DNA from: Deltaproteobacteria bacterium
GTDB taxonomy: Bacteria; Myxococcota; Kuafuiibacteriia; Kuafuiibacteriales; Kuafuiibacteriaceae
Direction of reading: 5' to 3'
NCBI GenBank assembly: GCA_040218735.1
Contig: JAVJQW010000023.1
Span: 672,001 to 736,000 of the forward strand
Length of the DNA stretch: 64,000 bases
In this document: positions 54,619 to 63,937 of the stretch, in pieces
Position numbering within the stretch: position 1 is the first letter of the stretch
Layout of the letters: the number at the start of each line of letters is the position of its first letter
Made by a program: the position numbers and the translations under genes
Notes under the pieces: generated by a model
Databases searched by the model: none
What the model saw: only the letters and a program-made list of their open reading frames with translations
What the model was told of the DNA's origin: nothing

Positions 54619-55980
54619 ATGCGCATGGACGACGGCGCCGGACCGCGGGCGAGTCGAATCGCGAACCTGATCCTGACGGCAGGTCTGTTGGGTGGGATCG
54701 CCCTGGTCGTCGGCCCGATCCTGAGGTGGTCCCACTTCGGCGCGTACGTCGCCGAGCGCTGGATCGTGATCGGCGGGACAGGTGCCGTCCTCCACGCCGC
54801 CGCCCTCTTCGGGCCCAAGGCTTGGCGCAGCACCCTCGCCGTGGTGAGCGTGACGTTGGTGGCCTCGGCCTACCTGTTCGAAGTCGCGATCGCGTACGAC
54901 TGGATCGAGCCCGACGCGGCGCAGGACGCCGAAGAAGCCGCGTGGCGCGCGAGCGTGCCGAACTACGACACGCGGATGAAGCTCGAAGTGCTCGAGGACC
55001 TACGCGCGGAAGGGCAGGACGCCTGGCCGGACATCGGACAAGCCACCCTCTTCGGGGGCCTCGACGTCGACGGACGACGCCTCGTCCCGATCTCCGGCGT
55101 AGCGACGGCGACCACCGTCTACTGCAACGAGAGCGGACAGCGCACGGTCTACGTCGCCGACGAACACGGCTTCAACAACCCGCGCGGCCTCTACGACGGT
55201 GCGGCAGATGTCGTGATCGTAGGTGACTCGTTCGCGCACGGCGCGTGTGTCCCCCAGGGCGAGGACGTCGCGAGCCAGCTCCGTCGAGCGCGCCCCGACC
55301 TCGCGGTCGTCAACCTCGGGTATGGCGGAGCCGGGCCGCTCACGGTGCAAGCGACGCTCGCCGAGTACGCGCGCCGGCTGAAGCCGCGCGACGTCTTCTG
55401 GCTGTACTACTCGGGCAACGATCTGCGCGACACACAGCTCGAGCTCACCTCGGACGTCCTGACGCGTTACCTCGAGGACATCGACTTCACGCAGAACCTC
55501 TGGGACGCACGCGCCGGCTTCGACCCGGTGCTCCGTGCGTTCATCGACGCCAAGGAAGCGGAGCGACGGGCCGCGGGGGCGTACGTGCCGCCGCCGGTTC
55601 CGCTCGGACCGACGCTGAAGCTGCAGCAGGTGCGGCGGCTGTTCGGGCTGAAGCCGTTCCCGGATCCGCAGGGGCCGTTCGCTCGCGCGGCCGCGCAGAC
55701 CAAGGCGCGGGTCGAGCGATGGGGCGGACGCCTCCACTTCGTCTACGTGTGGAACTGGCCGCACGAACCCACCGGCGAGCGGTACCGCAAGGCGGAGGTG
55801 CTGGAGATCGTTCGAGGCTTGGGCATCCCCGTGATCGACACGGCCGCGGTCCTCGCGGACGCGACGACGCAGTACTACCCCTCGCGGTTCGGCGGGCACC
55901 TCTCGCCGAAGGGGTACCGCGCGCTCGCGGAGGCGATGGCGAGGGCGCTCCCGGCCTCCGATCCCGGGGCTTCCCCTTGA
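54619..55980 (+). CDS. SGNH/GDSL hydrolase-like membrane protein
   Basis: Three N-terminal TM helices; D.HGFNN, VGDSFAHG.CV, NLG.GG.G, GND, GGHL...GY..LA. Confidence 0.82.
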   Translation: MRMDDGAGPRASRIANLILTAGLLGGIALVVGPILRWSHFGAYVAERWIVIGGTGAVLHAAALFGPKAWRSTLAVVSVTLVASAYLFEVAIAYDWIEPDAAQDAEEAAWRASVPNYDTRMKLEVLEDLRAEGQDAWPDIGQATLFGGLDVDGRRLVPISGVATATTVYCNESGQRTVYVADEHGFNNPRGLYDGAADVVIVGDSFAHGACVPQGEDVASQLRRARPDLAVVNLGYGGAGPLTVQATLAEYARRLKPRDVFWLYYSGNDLRDTQLELTSDVLTRYLEDIDFTQNLWDARAGFDPVLRAFIDAKEAERRAAGAYVPPPVPLGPTLKLQQVRRLFGLKPFPDPQGPFARAAAQTKARVERWGGRLHFVYVWNWPHEPTGERYRKAEVLEIVRGLGIPVIDTAAVLADATTQYYPSRFGGHLSPKGYRALAEAMARALPASDPGASP

Positions 55981-56047
55981 TCCTACGCGCAATCTTTCGT
56001 CGCACCGAGCCCACACAAACGGTTGATCTCTTTCTCTTGAATCAATA

Positions 56048-56437
56048 ATGTCGCCAAACATGAAATCGATGTCTTCCATCCTGACTCTCGCACTGGCGGG
56101 GCTCGCTCTCGTCGCGTGCGAAGGGGCGCCGGTCGGCGAGCCGACCGCGGAGGAGACGCTTCGGAGCGTCGACGTCCCTGAAGACTTCGACTTCGCCACG
56201 ACGAAGTCGCTCTACGTCCTCGTCTCCACGGCCGACGCCGGGCGCGTCGAGGTGATCGACGCACGCGGCCGCACCCGGTTTCAGGGGCCGGCGCTCACCG
56301 AGCGACCGACGGTCGTAAGCCTGAGCGTGCCGAGCGCCGACGACCACGTGCGGCTCCGGCTGACGAACGGGCGCGGCGTCGAGCGCATCGCCGTCGCGCA
56401 GATCGTCGACGACGTCGCCGAGTTCCGCTTCGACTGA
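56048..56437 (+). CDS. small hypothetical lipoprotein
   Basis: Lipobox LVAC; L..V.VPEDFDF.TT motif; GC3-rich frame. Start could be 56060. Confidence 0.72.
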   Translation: MSPNMKSMSSILTLALAGLALVACEGAPVGEPTAEETLRSVDVPEDFDFATTKSLYVLVSTADAGRVEVIDARGRTRFQGPALTERPTVVSLSVPSADDHVRLRLTNGRGVERIAVAQIVDDVAEFRFD

Positions 56438-56470
56438 TCAGCGCACCTGATCAGCGCACCTGATCAGCGC
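56434..56470. repeat. 13-bp tandem repeat CTGATCAGCGCAC x ~2.8 at a convergent gene junction
   Basis: CTGATCAGCGCAC CTGATCAGCGCAC CTGATCAGCGC; the first and last copies supply the TGA stops of the two convergent genes. Confidence 0.85.
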
Positions 56471-58080
56471 GATCGGCCGACGTCGACCGTCATCGACACG
56501 GACACGTCGCCCGTCGCGACGCGCGCTTCGAGGCGCGCGCCGTGCTCTGCCCACCACGCCGCCGCGTCGTTCGGCGTCCACGTTCCGGTCTCATCCGCAC
56601 AACCATCGATCGCCTTCGCGAGCTCGAAGGCGGAAGCCGGACGATCCTCGGGCGCCTTCGCCAAGCACTGCATCAACAGCGCCTCGAGCGTCGGGGACAG
56701 CGGGGCGTCGCGGTGCTTCGAGATCGGATCCGGCGTCTTGTGCAGGTGGTCGCTGCAGACCTGAACGACGCTGTCGCCCGGGAACACCGGTCGCCCCGTG
56801 AGCAGGAAGTAAGCGACGGCTCCGACCGCGTACAGATCACTTCGCGCGTCGACTTCGTCCGGTGAGCGGATCGTCTCGGGCGACATGTACTGCGGCGTGC
56901 CGCTGATTACGTTGGTCTGCGTGAGGCTCACGCCGCCATGCGTCTGGATCTCCTTCACCAGGCCGAAGTCCAACAGCGTCACGTGATCGTTCGCGCCGCC
57001 GAAGCGGTGCGGCAGCGAGACCATGATGTTACCGGGTTTGATGTCGCGGTGGATCAAGCCGACGCCGTGCGCCTCGATCAACGCGCCGCAGATCTGTAGC
57101 AGCAAGTGACGCACGCGCGCCTGGGGTTGCGGTCCGCCGACCCGGACGATGCGATCGATGTCGGCGCCCGCGAGCAGCTCCATCGCGTAGTAGAAGACGC
57201 CGTCCGAGGTGTGGCCGTAGTCGAAGATGGTGACGGTGTTCGGGTGCGCGAGCTTGGCCGTCAGCTGCACCTCGTTCTCGAACCGCTTCAGCGCCTTCTC
57301 CCCCGCGCGCTCCGGACGGAGCAGCTTCACCGCGGTGGGGCGCCGAAGGAAGGCGTGATGCGCGCGGTAGACCTCACCCATCCCGCCCTCCCCGAGCTTG
57401 GCTTCGAGGCGGTACTGCCCGAGCTGAAGCGCGTCGCGCACCTTGCGGCGCAGGCCGTAGATGACCCACGACGCCGACGTGGCGATGGCGGCGGTGAGGA
57501 GCCACCAGACCCCCTGGGTGATCGTCAGCCAGAGCGCGATCGTGTGACCGTCCTCTTGGAAGTTTTGGGGGTCGATCGCGGACCACCTCGCAGCGTCGAT
57601 CTTCGAGAAGGCGATGTAGTTGCCGATCAGCATCGCAGCGCCGATGGCCACCGACAACGCGAGCGTCCGCCGACCGGAGCTGGGCACGAACACCGAGCGC
57701 GCCAGCAACGCGTACGTCAGGGCGACCAGCACGATCATGTCCGGCCGCGCGATGAGGGGGATGAACGTACCCATCGCGATCAGCGCGATGCTCCCGGTGA
57801 GGACCCCCGTCGTCTCCAGCCGACGGAGCCCTGTCATCGACAGGTCGGTGTGTCGCGCGATGGCCCAGACGACCAGGAAGTTGAGCGAGGCGGCGCCGTG
57901 GAGCGGGTAGGAGAGGTTGGTGATCTCCGGCCAGGCCTCGACGAGGATGATGATGATCGTGCGGTAGAGGAAAAACGCACCGATCAGCGCCGTCGAGACG
58001 AGCGCGGCGAGCTCCACCCGCCGCTTCAGGAACGCCCGTTCCTCGTCGGTCGACGAGGTCTCGATCCCCGGGGCGCTCAA
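56464..58080 (-). CDS. Hanks-type Ser/Thr protein kinase with N-terminal multi-pass membrane domain
   Basis: About 6 TM helices then LGQY.L..KLGEGGMGEVY, AVKLL, HRDIKPGN, LDFGLVK, GTPQYMSPE, RSDLYAVG. Confidence 0.95.
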   Translation of the reverse strand: MSAPGIETSSTDEERAFLKRRVELAALVSTALIGAFFLYRTIIIILVEAWPEITNLSYPLHGAASLNFLVVWAIARHTDLSMTGLRRLETTGVLTGSIALIAMGTFIPLIARPDMIVLVALTYALLARSVFVPSSGRRTLALSVAIGAAMLIGNYIAFSKIDAARWSAIDPQNFQEDGHTIALWLTITQGVWWLLTAAIATSASWVIYGLRRKVRDALQLGQYRLEAKLGEGGMGEVYRAHHAFLRRPTAVKLLRPERAGEKALKRFENEVQLTAKLAHPNTVTIFDYGHTSDGVFYYAMELLAGADIDRIVRVGGPQPQARVRHLLLQICGALIEAHGVGLIHRDIKPGNIMVSLPHRFGGANDHVTLLDFGLVKEIQTHGGVSLTQTNVISGTPQYMSPETIRSPDEVDARSDLYAVGAVAYFLLTGRPVFPGDSVVQVCSDHLHKTPDPISKHRDAPLSPTLEALLMQCLAKAPEDRPASAFELAKAIDGCADETGTWTPNDAAAWWAEHGARLEARVATGDVSVSMTVDVGRSR

Positions 58081-58101
58081 GACGAGGCGTAGTTAACGCC
58101 C

Positions 58102-60294
58102 CTAACCCTGCCCATCAAGCTCGCTGCGATCGAACGTGATCGCGCTCGCCGATTTCCTCAGATCGGAGGCCGCGGCGTGTTTGGGACGCTGCGCCACCCG
58201 CTGGGGTGCAAACGCAGTTCGCTCGAAGAGGCGCGCCGCGAGGTCCGGCGGGAGCACGTTCTCGAGGTATTCGAGCGCCGTGCCGCGTAGGCGTTTGTCG
58301 TCGCCCTCCAGCGCCCCGAGCGCGAGGCGAACGACGTCGTGCTCCAGCGCGAGCCCGAGCACTTCGAATACGAGGCCGAGCGCCCGGTGGACGCCGGTGC
58401 GCGTCGGTGGGTCGCTGCGGAGCCGTGCGCGGCGCCTCCACGTGGCGTCGTCCACCTCGAGCTCCGCCCTCGCCTGCGCGAAGGCTCGTGACTCGTCGTA
58501 CGGGATGGCCACGCCGCGCTCGACCAACATCCCGAGCGCGCGCGCGGAGAAGTAGCGCACGTCGAAGTCGTCGTCGCTCAGCCCGCGGACCAGCACGTCG
58601 GCGACGCGGGTGTCGTCGGAGGCGCGAAGGATCCGAGGGAGCCTCCGACGCATCTGCAGCGGCGCCTCCTTGTCGAGGAACGCGTCGGTGAGTTGACCTG
58701 CGATGTGATCGACGCGCGCCTCGAGCGCGCTGCTGACGGCGGCGACGAGGGCGCTGTCCGAACGGGCGAGGAGCGGCGCGAGGAACGGGACGAGCTTCGG
58801 GTCGAGGTCCGCCTCCAGCAGCGCTCGGATCTGCTCTGGCGACCCGTGCGCGATCGTACGAATCGCGGCGCACCAGCGCTCGGATTCTCCGTCGTCCACC
58901 ACGCGGCGTACGGCCTCTTCGACCACCGCGGCCGGTTGGCTGCCCGTGCTCCCGGTGACGTCGCGCAGCGCTTCGATCTCCGCGAGGAGGCGATCGCGAT
59001 CGAGGGCCATCGTCGTGGACGCGAGCGTCTGGCGGGTGGTGGCGTCGACGACGTCCTTTTCGTCGAGCGCGACGACGCCGGACTGGAGGCTGTGTGCGAG
59101 CTCGCTGACGTAGCCGCGATGCAGCCCCAGGCAGAGCGCAAGCGCGGTTGCAGCGAGCACAGCGGCGAGGAGGATCACCGCGAGGTTCACGGGGAGCGCG
59201 ACGGCGACGAGCACGATGATCACGCCGCTGCCGATCATGCTCCCTAGGCGCCCGAGCGCGACGTCGATCACCACCTTGATCGGTCGCTTCACTGCGGGAT
59301 CGACCGGCGTGTAGAGGAGCTCGTACGCGGAGCGGAAGACGGAGTTCGCCACGACCGACTGCACGCCGGTCGCGAGCGCGATCGTCCACAGCTCGAAGTG
59401 GAGCGCCGCACCGATCGAAGTGCCGATGACCAACGCCGGGCCGAGCGCGAGTGTGCCGCCGAGGCCGAGTTTGTCGAGGCTCTTGTTCGCGAAGCCGACC
59501 TGGACCACGAACGTCACGAACGCCGCCGCGGTGTAGAAGATCGCGAAGAACGACACGAGGCCGCGCTCGTCGGCGTGGACCTCGGCGGCCTTCGCCTTCA
59601 GCGCGTACTCCAGGAACACCTCCAGGAGCGCCACCGAGACGACGACCGCCGCGACCGCGCGCAGATACCGACTGCGGGAGAGCGGTCGAAAGCCCTCGAC
59701 GAAGCTCGCCGCCGCGCGGGTCATCGAGTCGACGCCGTGTGCGATGCGCGCGACGCCGATCGCGCCGCCGATGTTCGCGACGGCGAGCAGGAGGAGGATG
59801 TGCCGAGGGTCGAGCCACACGCCGACGCGCTCCGCAGCGAGGCCCCCTACCAGGCCACCGAGGGTCGCGCCGGTCGTGATGCGCGCGACGGCGAGCTTGG
59901 CGGTGTGGGGATCGAAGCGTTCGTTGACGACCGACCAGAAGCCGCTGATCACCACGCCGCCGACCGCGGCGGTGTGCAGGTAGATCGCGGCGGCGACGAC
60001 CCCGGGGAACTGCGGCGCGAGTACCCACTCGACGCCGAAGAGCACGCCGTTCAAGGCAAACGCCGCCGGCACGAGACGGCGGGGACCGACGCGCGCCATC
60101 AGACGTGACGTCGCGAGCACGGCGAGGAGCGAGAGCAGCGCCCCGGCGACGACGGCGCGCGGCAGATAGGTCGCGGGGAAGCTCGAGAGGAACAGCGCGT
60201 CGCGCGCGACCTTCCCGGCCACCTGCTGGGCGATCATGGTCCCGGCGACCGCGGAAGCCCCGAGCAGCGGTCCCTTGGCATCGTCCGTCGTCAC
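58102..60294 (-). CDS. Npt/TLC-like MFS membrane protein fused to HEAT repeats
   Basis: KVARDALFLS.F, FWS..NE.FD...AK, G..LGGL.G, RSAYELLY.P....KR..K..ID; C-terminal HEAT motifs GLSDDDFDVRY, RGTALEYLENVLP. Start uncertain (60294/60339). Confidence 0.8.
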   Translation of the reverse strand: MTTDDAKGPLLGASAVAGTMIAQQVAGKVARDALFLSSFPATYLPRAVVAGALLSLLAVLATSRLMARVGPRRLVPAAFALNGVLFGVEWVLAPQFPGVVAAAIYLHTAAVGGVVISGFWSVVNERFDPHTAKLAVARITTGATLGGLVGGLAAERVGVWLDPRHILLLLAVANIGGAIGVARIAHGVDSMTRAAASFVEGFRPLSRSRYLRAVAAVVVSVALLEVFLEYALKAKAAEVHADERGLVSFFAIFYTAAAFVTFVVQVGFANKSLDKLGLGGTLALGPALVIGTSIGAALHFELWTIALATGVQSVVANSVFRSAYELLYTPVDPAVKRPIKVVIDVALGRLGSMIGSGVIIVLVAVALPVNLAVILLAAVLAATALALCLGLHRGYVSELAHSLQSGVVALDEKDVVDATTRQTLASTTMALDRDRLLAEIEALRDVTGSTGSQPAAVVEEAVRRVVDDGESERWCAAIRTIAHGSPEQIRALLEADLDPKLVPFLAPLLARSDSALVAAVSSALEARVDHIAGQLTDAFLDKEAPLQMRRRLPRILRASDDTRVADVLVRGLSDDDFDVRYFSARALGMLVERGVAIPYDESRAFAQARAELEVDDATWRRRARLRSDPPTRTGVHRALGLVFEVLGLALEHDVVRLALGALEGDDKRLRGTALEYLENVLPPDLAARLFERTAFAPQRVAQRPKHAAASDLRKSASAITFDRSELDGQG

Positions 60295-60356
60295 CGGCGT
60301 CGGGCGCAACGTGCCACGGCGCGACGCCGCGGGCCACACGTGAGAGTCTTCGGGCC

Positions 60357-62015
60357 ATGGCGACAGACATCGAGATCAGCCAAGCCGCCCAGCCCCGCCC
60401 GATCGTCGAGGTCGCGGCAGAGCTCGGGCTGGGCGAAGACGACATCGTGCCGTTCGGCCGGCACAAGGCGAAGATTCCGCCGGGCTCCGAGGGGGCGTCG
60501 CGCGGCAAGCTCGTCCTGATCACGGCGGTGACGCCGACGCCCGCCGGCGAGGGCAAGTCGACGTGCACGATCGGCCTCGGCGACGCGCTGCGACGCCTCG
60601 GGAAGAAGGCGCTCGTGTGTATTCGGGAGCCCTCCCTCGGACCGGTCTTCGGGATGAAGGGCGGCGCGGCCGGCGGCGGCTACGCGCAGGTGATTCCGAT
60701 GGAGTCGATCAACCTGCACTTCACGGGTGACCTTCACGCGATCACGTCGGCGCACAACCTGTTGTCGGCGCTGGTGGACAACCACCTGCACCACGGCAAC
60801 GCGCTCGGGATCGACCCGCGCCGTATCACGTGGCCGCGGACGATCGACATGAACGATCGGTCGCTGCGTTCGACGGTGGTGGGTCTCGGCGGCACGGCGA
60901 ATGGACCGGTGCGCGAGGACGGCTACGTCATCACGCCGGCGAGCGAAGTCATGGCCGTGCTGTGCCTCGCGCGGGACCTCGAAGATCTCCGCGCGCGGCT
61001 CGACCGGATCATCGTGGGTTACACACGCGACCGGCAGCCGATTCGCGCGGCGGACCTGCAGGCGACGGGCGCGATGACGATGCTCCTCGCGGAGGCGATG
61101 CAGCCGAACCTCGTGCAGACGCTGGAGGGCGGCCCCGCGCTCGTGCACGGCGGCCCGTTCGCGAACATCGCGCACGGGTGCTCGTCCCTGGCGGCGACGC
61201 GGCTCGGCCTTTCACTCGCGGATGTGGTGCTCACCGAAGCGGGCTTCGGCGCGGACCTCGGGGCAGAGAAGTTCTTCGACATCAAGTGTCGCGAAGGCGG
61301 CCTCGAGCCACAGGCCGCGGTGGTGGTCGCGACGGTGCGTGCGTTGAAGATGCACGGCGACGTCGACAAGGACGCGCTCGCGACGCCGGACCTCGCGGCG
61401 GTGGAGCGCGGCCTCGGGAACCTCCGGGCGCACGTCGAGAACGTGCAGCGCTTCGGCGTGCCGGTGGTCGTCGCGGTGAACCGCTTCGCGACCGACACCG
61501 AAGACGAGCTGAAGGCGGTGCTGGAAGGCGCGCGCGGCTTGGGCGTGCGCGCCGAGGTGATGGACGCCTGGGGCCAAGGCGGCGCCGGCGGCGAAGCCGT
61601 GGGAGAGGCCTTGCTCGCGACGCTCGAAGAGGGCCGCGCCGCGTTCGAACCGCTGTACGCGGTGGACCGCCCGCTGCGCGAGAAGATCGAGACGATCGCG
61701 CAGAAGATCTACGGCGCGGACGGCGTCGACTTCGGCCCCGACGCCACGCGGGCGCTCAAGCAGATCGAACGCATCGGCCTCGGCGGCACGCCGGTGTGCA
61801 TGGCGAAGACGCAGTACTCGCTGTCGGACGACCCGACGAAGCGCGGGCGACCGAAGGACTTCCGAATCACGGTGCGCGACGCGTACGTCTCCGCGGGCGC
61901 GGGGTTCACGGTGGCGCTGACGAGCAACGTGATGACGATGCCGGGGCTGCCGAGGGAGCCGGCGGCGGCGAAGATGGGCGTCAGCGCCGCAGGAAAGATC
62001 GAAGGCCTGTTCTAA
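60357..62015 (+). CDS. fhs: formate--tetrahydrofolate ligase
   Basis: TDIEISQ, TPTPAGEGKST, REPSLGP.FG.KGGAAGGGY.Q, HGGPFANIAHG, TEAGFGADLG.EKF.DIK, CMAKTQYSLSD, MTMPGLP. Confidence 0.97.
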   Translation: MATDIEISQAAQPRPIVEVAAELGLGEDDIVPFGRHKAKIPPGSEGASRGKLVLITAVTPTPAGEGKSTCTIGLGDALRRLGKKALVCIREPSLGPVFGMKGGAAGGGYAQVIPMESINLHFTGDLHAITSAHNLLSALVDNHLHHGNALGIDPRRITWPRTIDMNDRSLRSTVVGLGGTANGPVREDGYVITPASEVMAVLCLARDLEDLRARLDRIIVGYTRDRQPIRAADLQATGAMTMLLAEAMQPNLVQTLEGGPALVHGGPFANIAHGCSSLAATRLGLSLADVVLTEAGFGADLGAEKFFDIKCREGGLEPQAAVVVATVRALKMHGDVDKDALATPDLAAVERGLGNLRAHVENVQRFGVPVVVAVNRFATDTEDELKAVLEGARGLGVRAEVMDAWGQGGAGGEAVGEALLATLEEGRAAFEPLYAVDRPLREKIETIAQKIYGADGVDFGPDATRALKQIERIGLGGTPVCMAKTQYSLSDDPTKRGRPKDFRITVRDAYVSAGAGFTVALTSNVMTMPGLPREPAAAKMGVSAAGKIEGLF

Positions 62016-62050
62016 CCAACTTCCTCCGCCGACCTGAGACCCGGCGCTGA

Positions 62051-62135
62051 CCCCCAGCCCCAGCCCCAGCCCCAGCCCTCGCCCTCGAAAGCGATGACCG
62101 AAGGGCCAGGGCTGGGGAGAGGGCTCGGGCTAGGG
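62051..62135. repeat. (CCCCAG)4 hexamer repeat with complementary G-rich arm, probable terminator hairpin
   Basis: CCCCAG x4 then CCCTCG x2 on the left; GGGCCAGGGCTGGGGAGAGGGCTCGGGCTAGGG on the right followed by TTTT; between convergent genes. Confidence 0.65.
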
Positions 62136-63728
62136 TTTTGTGGCTCGTTGGTTTGCGAACGCAGTGCTCGGATCGAACACCTCCCCCTCCAACAACCCCT
62201 CCGCGAACCTCAAGATCCGCTCCCTCAGCTCGGGCGCCAAGTTCGGGTACCAAGCCGGGCACACCAACACCAACGCCCGCCACGCGAAGTACGGCGCGAC
62301 GAGCTCCAGAACGTCGTCGTCGCCCGTGCGCTCCAGGTACACGCGCCAGAACAGATCCCACACCTGGCGCAGCGCACCGTCGAACGCGCCGTTCGTCGAC
62401 AGCGCGAAGAACGCGTAGTTGATCGACAGCGCGGTGACGTCGTCCGCCGGATCTCCCGCGCCGCCGCGGCTCGCATCGAGCACCGTGAAGTCGGCGCCGT
62501 CCGCGAACAGGATGTTGAACGGGTGGAAGTCGCCGTGCGTGCGGCGCGAGCGATCGTCGCGGTCGCGGAGGCGCCACAGCCAGTCGACCGCCGCGTGTTC
62601 CATCGAGCGGAGGCGGCGGGGCGTCGCGATCGGGTCGGCGGGATCGAACGCGTCGACGAGGCCGAAGATGCCTTCGCCGTGCCCCACGAGGTCGCGCGTC
62701 GCGCGGCGACGCTCCGAAGCGGGCCTGCGCTCGGCGTGCATCTCGGCGAGGTAGTACGCGAGCGCCGAGGCGCGCGTCGCGTCGAGCACCGTGGGCTCGG
62801 CGAGCTTCGCGAGGCGCGTGAGGTCGTGCGCGTAGAGCTCGCCGTCCACGTAGGTGGTGAGGAGGAACGGCTCGCCGTCGGCGATCGACTGCATCCGACC
62901 GCGGCGATCCACGAACCCGAAGTCGAGCGGCGCGACGTGGCGCCGGTAGTTGCCGAAGTCGTCGAACGCGAGCGCGAGCCCGTCGAACCGATCCGCGCGC
63001 CGCTCGTGCCCGAACGCATCGACCCCCATCGTCCGCAACGTCACGTCGCGCTGCGCGCCGCCCTGCTCGAACGTCACCCGCAGCGGGTGCCCGTAGCCGT
63101 GCGCCTTGAGGCTCTCCTGCACCTCTTCGCCGAGCGGCGTGAGGCCCTTCAGCACCGCCCCCGCGTAGCCGTGTTCGTTCAGGTACCGCTGCACGTGCGC
63201 GGGCCGAATTCCGGTGCCGCCCTCCCCGCGCAGCCGCGTGACGATCGCGTCGGCCACGGCGTCGACGCCCTCGGCGTTTGTGTCGAACTCGAGGTCGGGG
63301 TGCTCCGGCGGCTCGTAGTCCGCGCCGCGCCCCGGCAACGTGTCGATCGTCCCCGCGCGCGCCGCCGCGTACAGGCCCTTCGGATCCCGCGCCTCGAGCA
63401 CGGCGTCGGGGGCGTACAGATAGACCTCGACGAACCGCTCAGCCTCCGCGCGCGCGGCGTCCCGGTAACGGCGTCGCGACGCCGTGGCGGCGACGACCAC
63501 CGTGGCGCCGGACTCCGCGTGCATCGCGGCGAGCCCGGCGAGCTGCGCGTAGAAGCGGTCGCGCTCGGCGGCGTCGTAGGTGGGCTCGGGGGTGAGCACC
63601 GCCCGGAGGGCGTCGCTATCCAGCAGCAGCGCCCCCGGGCCCAGCCGCGCGACGACGGCCTCCGCCACCGTGGTCTTGCCGCAGGCCGGGGGGCCCGTCA
63701 GCCAAACGACCTCGCCTCCGCCTTTCAT
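62130..63728 (-). CDS. fusion of adenylyl-sulfate kinase (CysC)-like domain and aminoglycoside-phosphotransferase-like domain
   Basis: N-terminal WLTGPPACGKTT, LLDSD.LR, FVEVYL, RDPKGLY..ARAG.I..LPG....YEPP..PDL..DT; C-terminal HGDFHPFNILF..LD..RG..G.PADD. Confidence 0.85.
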   Translation of the reverse strand: MKGGGEVVWLTGPPACGKTTVAEAVVARLGPGALLLDSDALRAVLTPEPTYDAAERDRFYAQLAGLAAMHAESGATVVVAATASRRRYRDAARAEAERFVEVYLYAPDAVLEARDPKGLYAAARAGTIDTLPGRGADYEPPEHPDLEFDTNAEGVDAVADAIVTRLRGEGGTGIRPAHVQRYLNEHGYAGAVLKGLTPLGEEVQESLKAHGYGHPLRVTFEQGGAQRDVTLRTMGVDAFGHERRADRFDGLALAFDDFGNYRRHVAPLDFGFVDRRGRMQSIADGEPFLLTTYVDGELYAHDLTRLAKLAEPTVLDATRASALAYYLAEMHAERRPASERRRATRDLVGHGEGIFGLVDAFDPADPIATPRRLRSMEHAAVDWLWRLRDRDDRSRRTHGDFHPFNILFADGADFTVLDASRGGAGDPADDVTALSINYAFFALSTNGAFDGALRQVWDLFWRVYLERTGDDDVLELVAPYFAWRALVLVCPAWYPNLAPELRERILRFAEGLLEGEVFDPSTAFANQRATKP

Positions 63729-63937
63729 CCCGGGCAGTTGGGCTGCATCGGTTGTGCCGCGCCGGGCGGCTGTGGGTTCGCGGCGGGGGGTTTCGAATCG
63801 GAAACGTCGGATCTTCGGCGGACCCGCGTCAGATCCAGAGCCGACACCACGAATGCCTGAGCACGGTCATGCGGACGGAAGGGATCGGATACGTCTTCCT
63901 GGGACGGCGGATTCATCTGGAGAGCGGTGCGTGCCGC

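Noticed and set aside
19830-58450. CCACGTGG cores (e.g. near 19833, 31409, 58438) as parS sites
   Set aside because: They lack the flanking GTT..AAC of the parS palindrome.
63780-63810. GGTTTCGAATC resembling a tRNA T-loop
   Set aside because: No cloverleaf, acceptor stem or anticodon arm around it.
1006-63860. Numerous long alternative-frame and antisense ORFs in the ORF track (e.g. 1006-3204, 13201-15738, 20912-23206, 51304-53250, 58115-60568, 62094-63860)
   Set aside because: Arg/Ala/Pro-rich or V/D/E/H-patterned shadow frames typical of high-GC DNA; each overlaps a better-supported gene with clear motifs.
63725-63916. 63-aa ORF ending in an ATGA overlap with the CysC-APH gene (possible peptide precursor or second MIRU-like unit)
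   Set aside because: No SD, weak codon bias, and its start does not overlap the upstream stop; more likely promoter/leader DNA.
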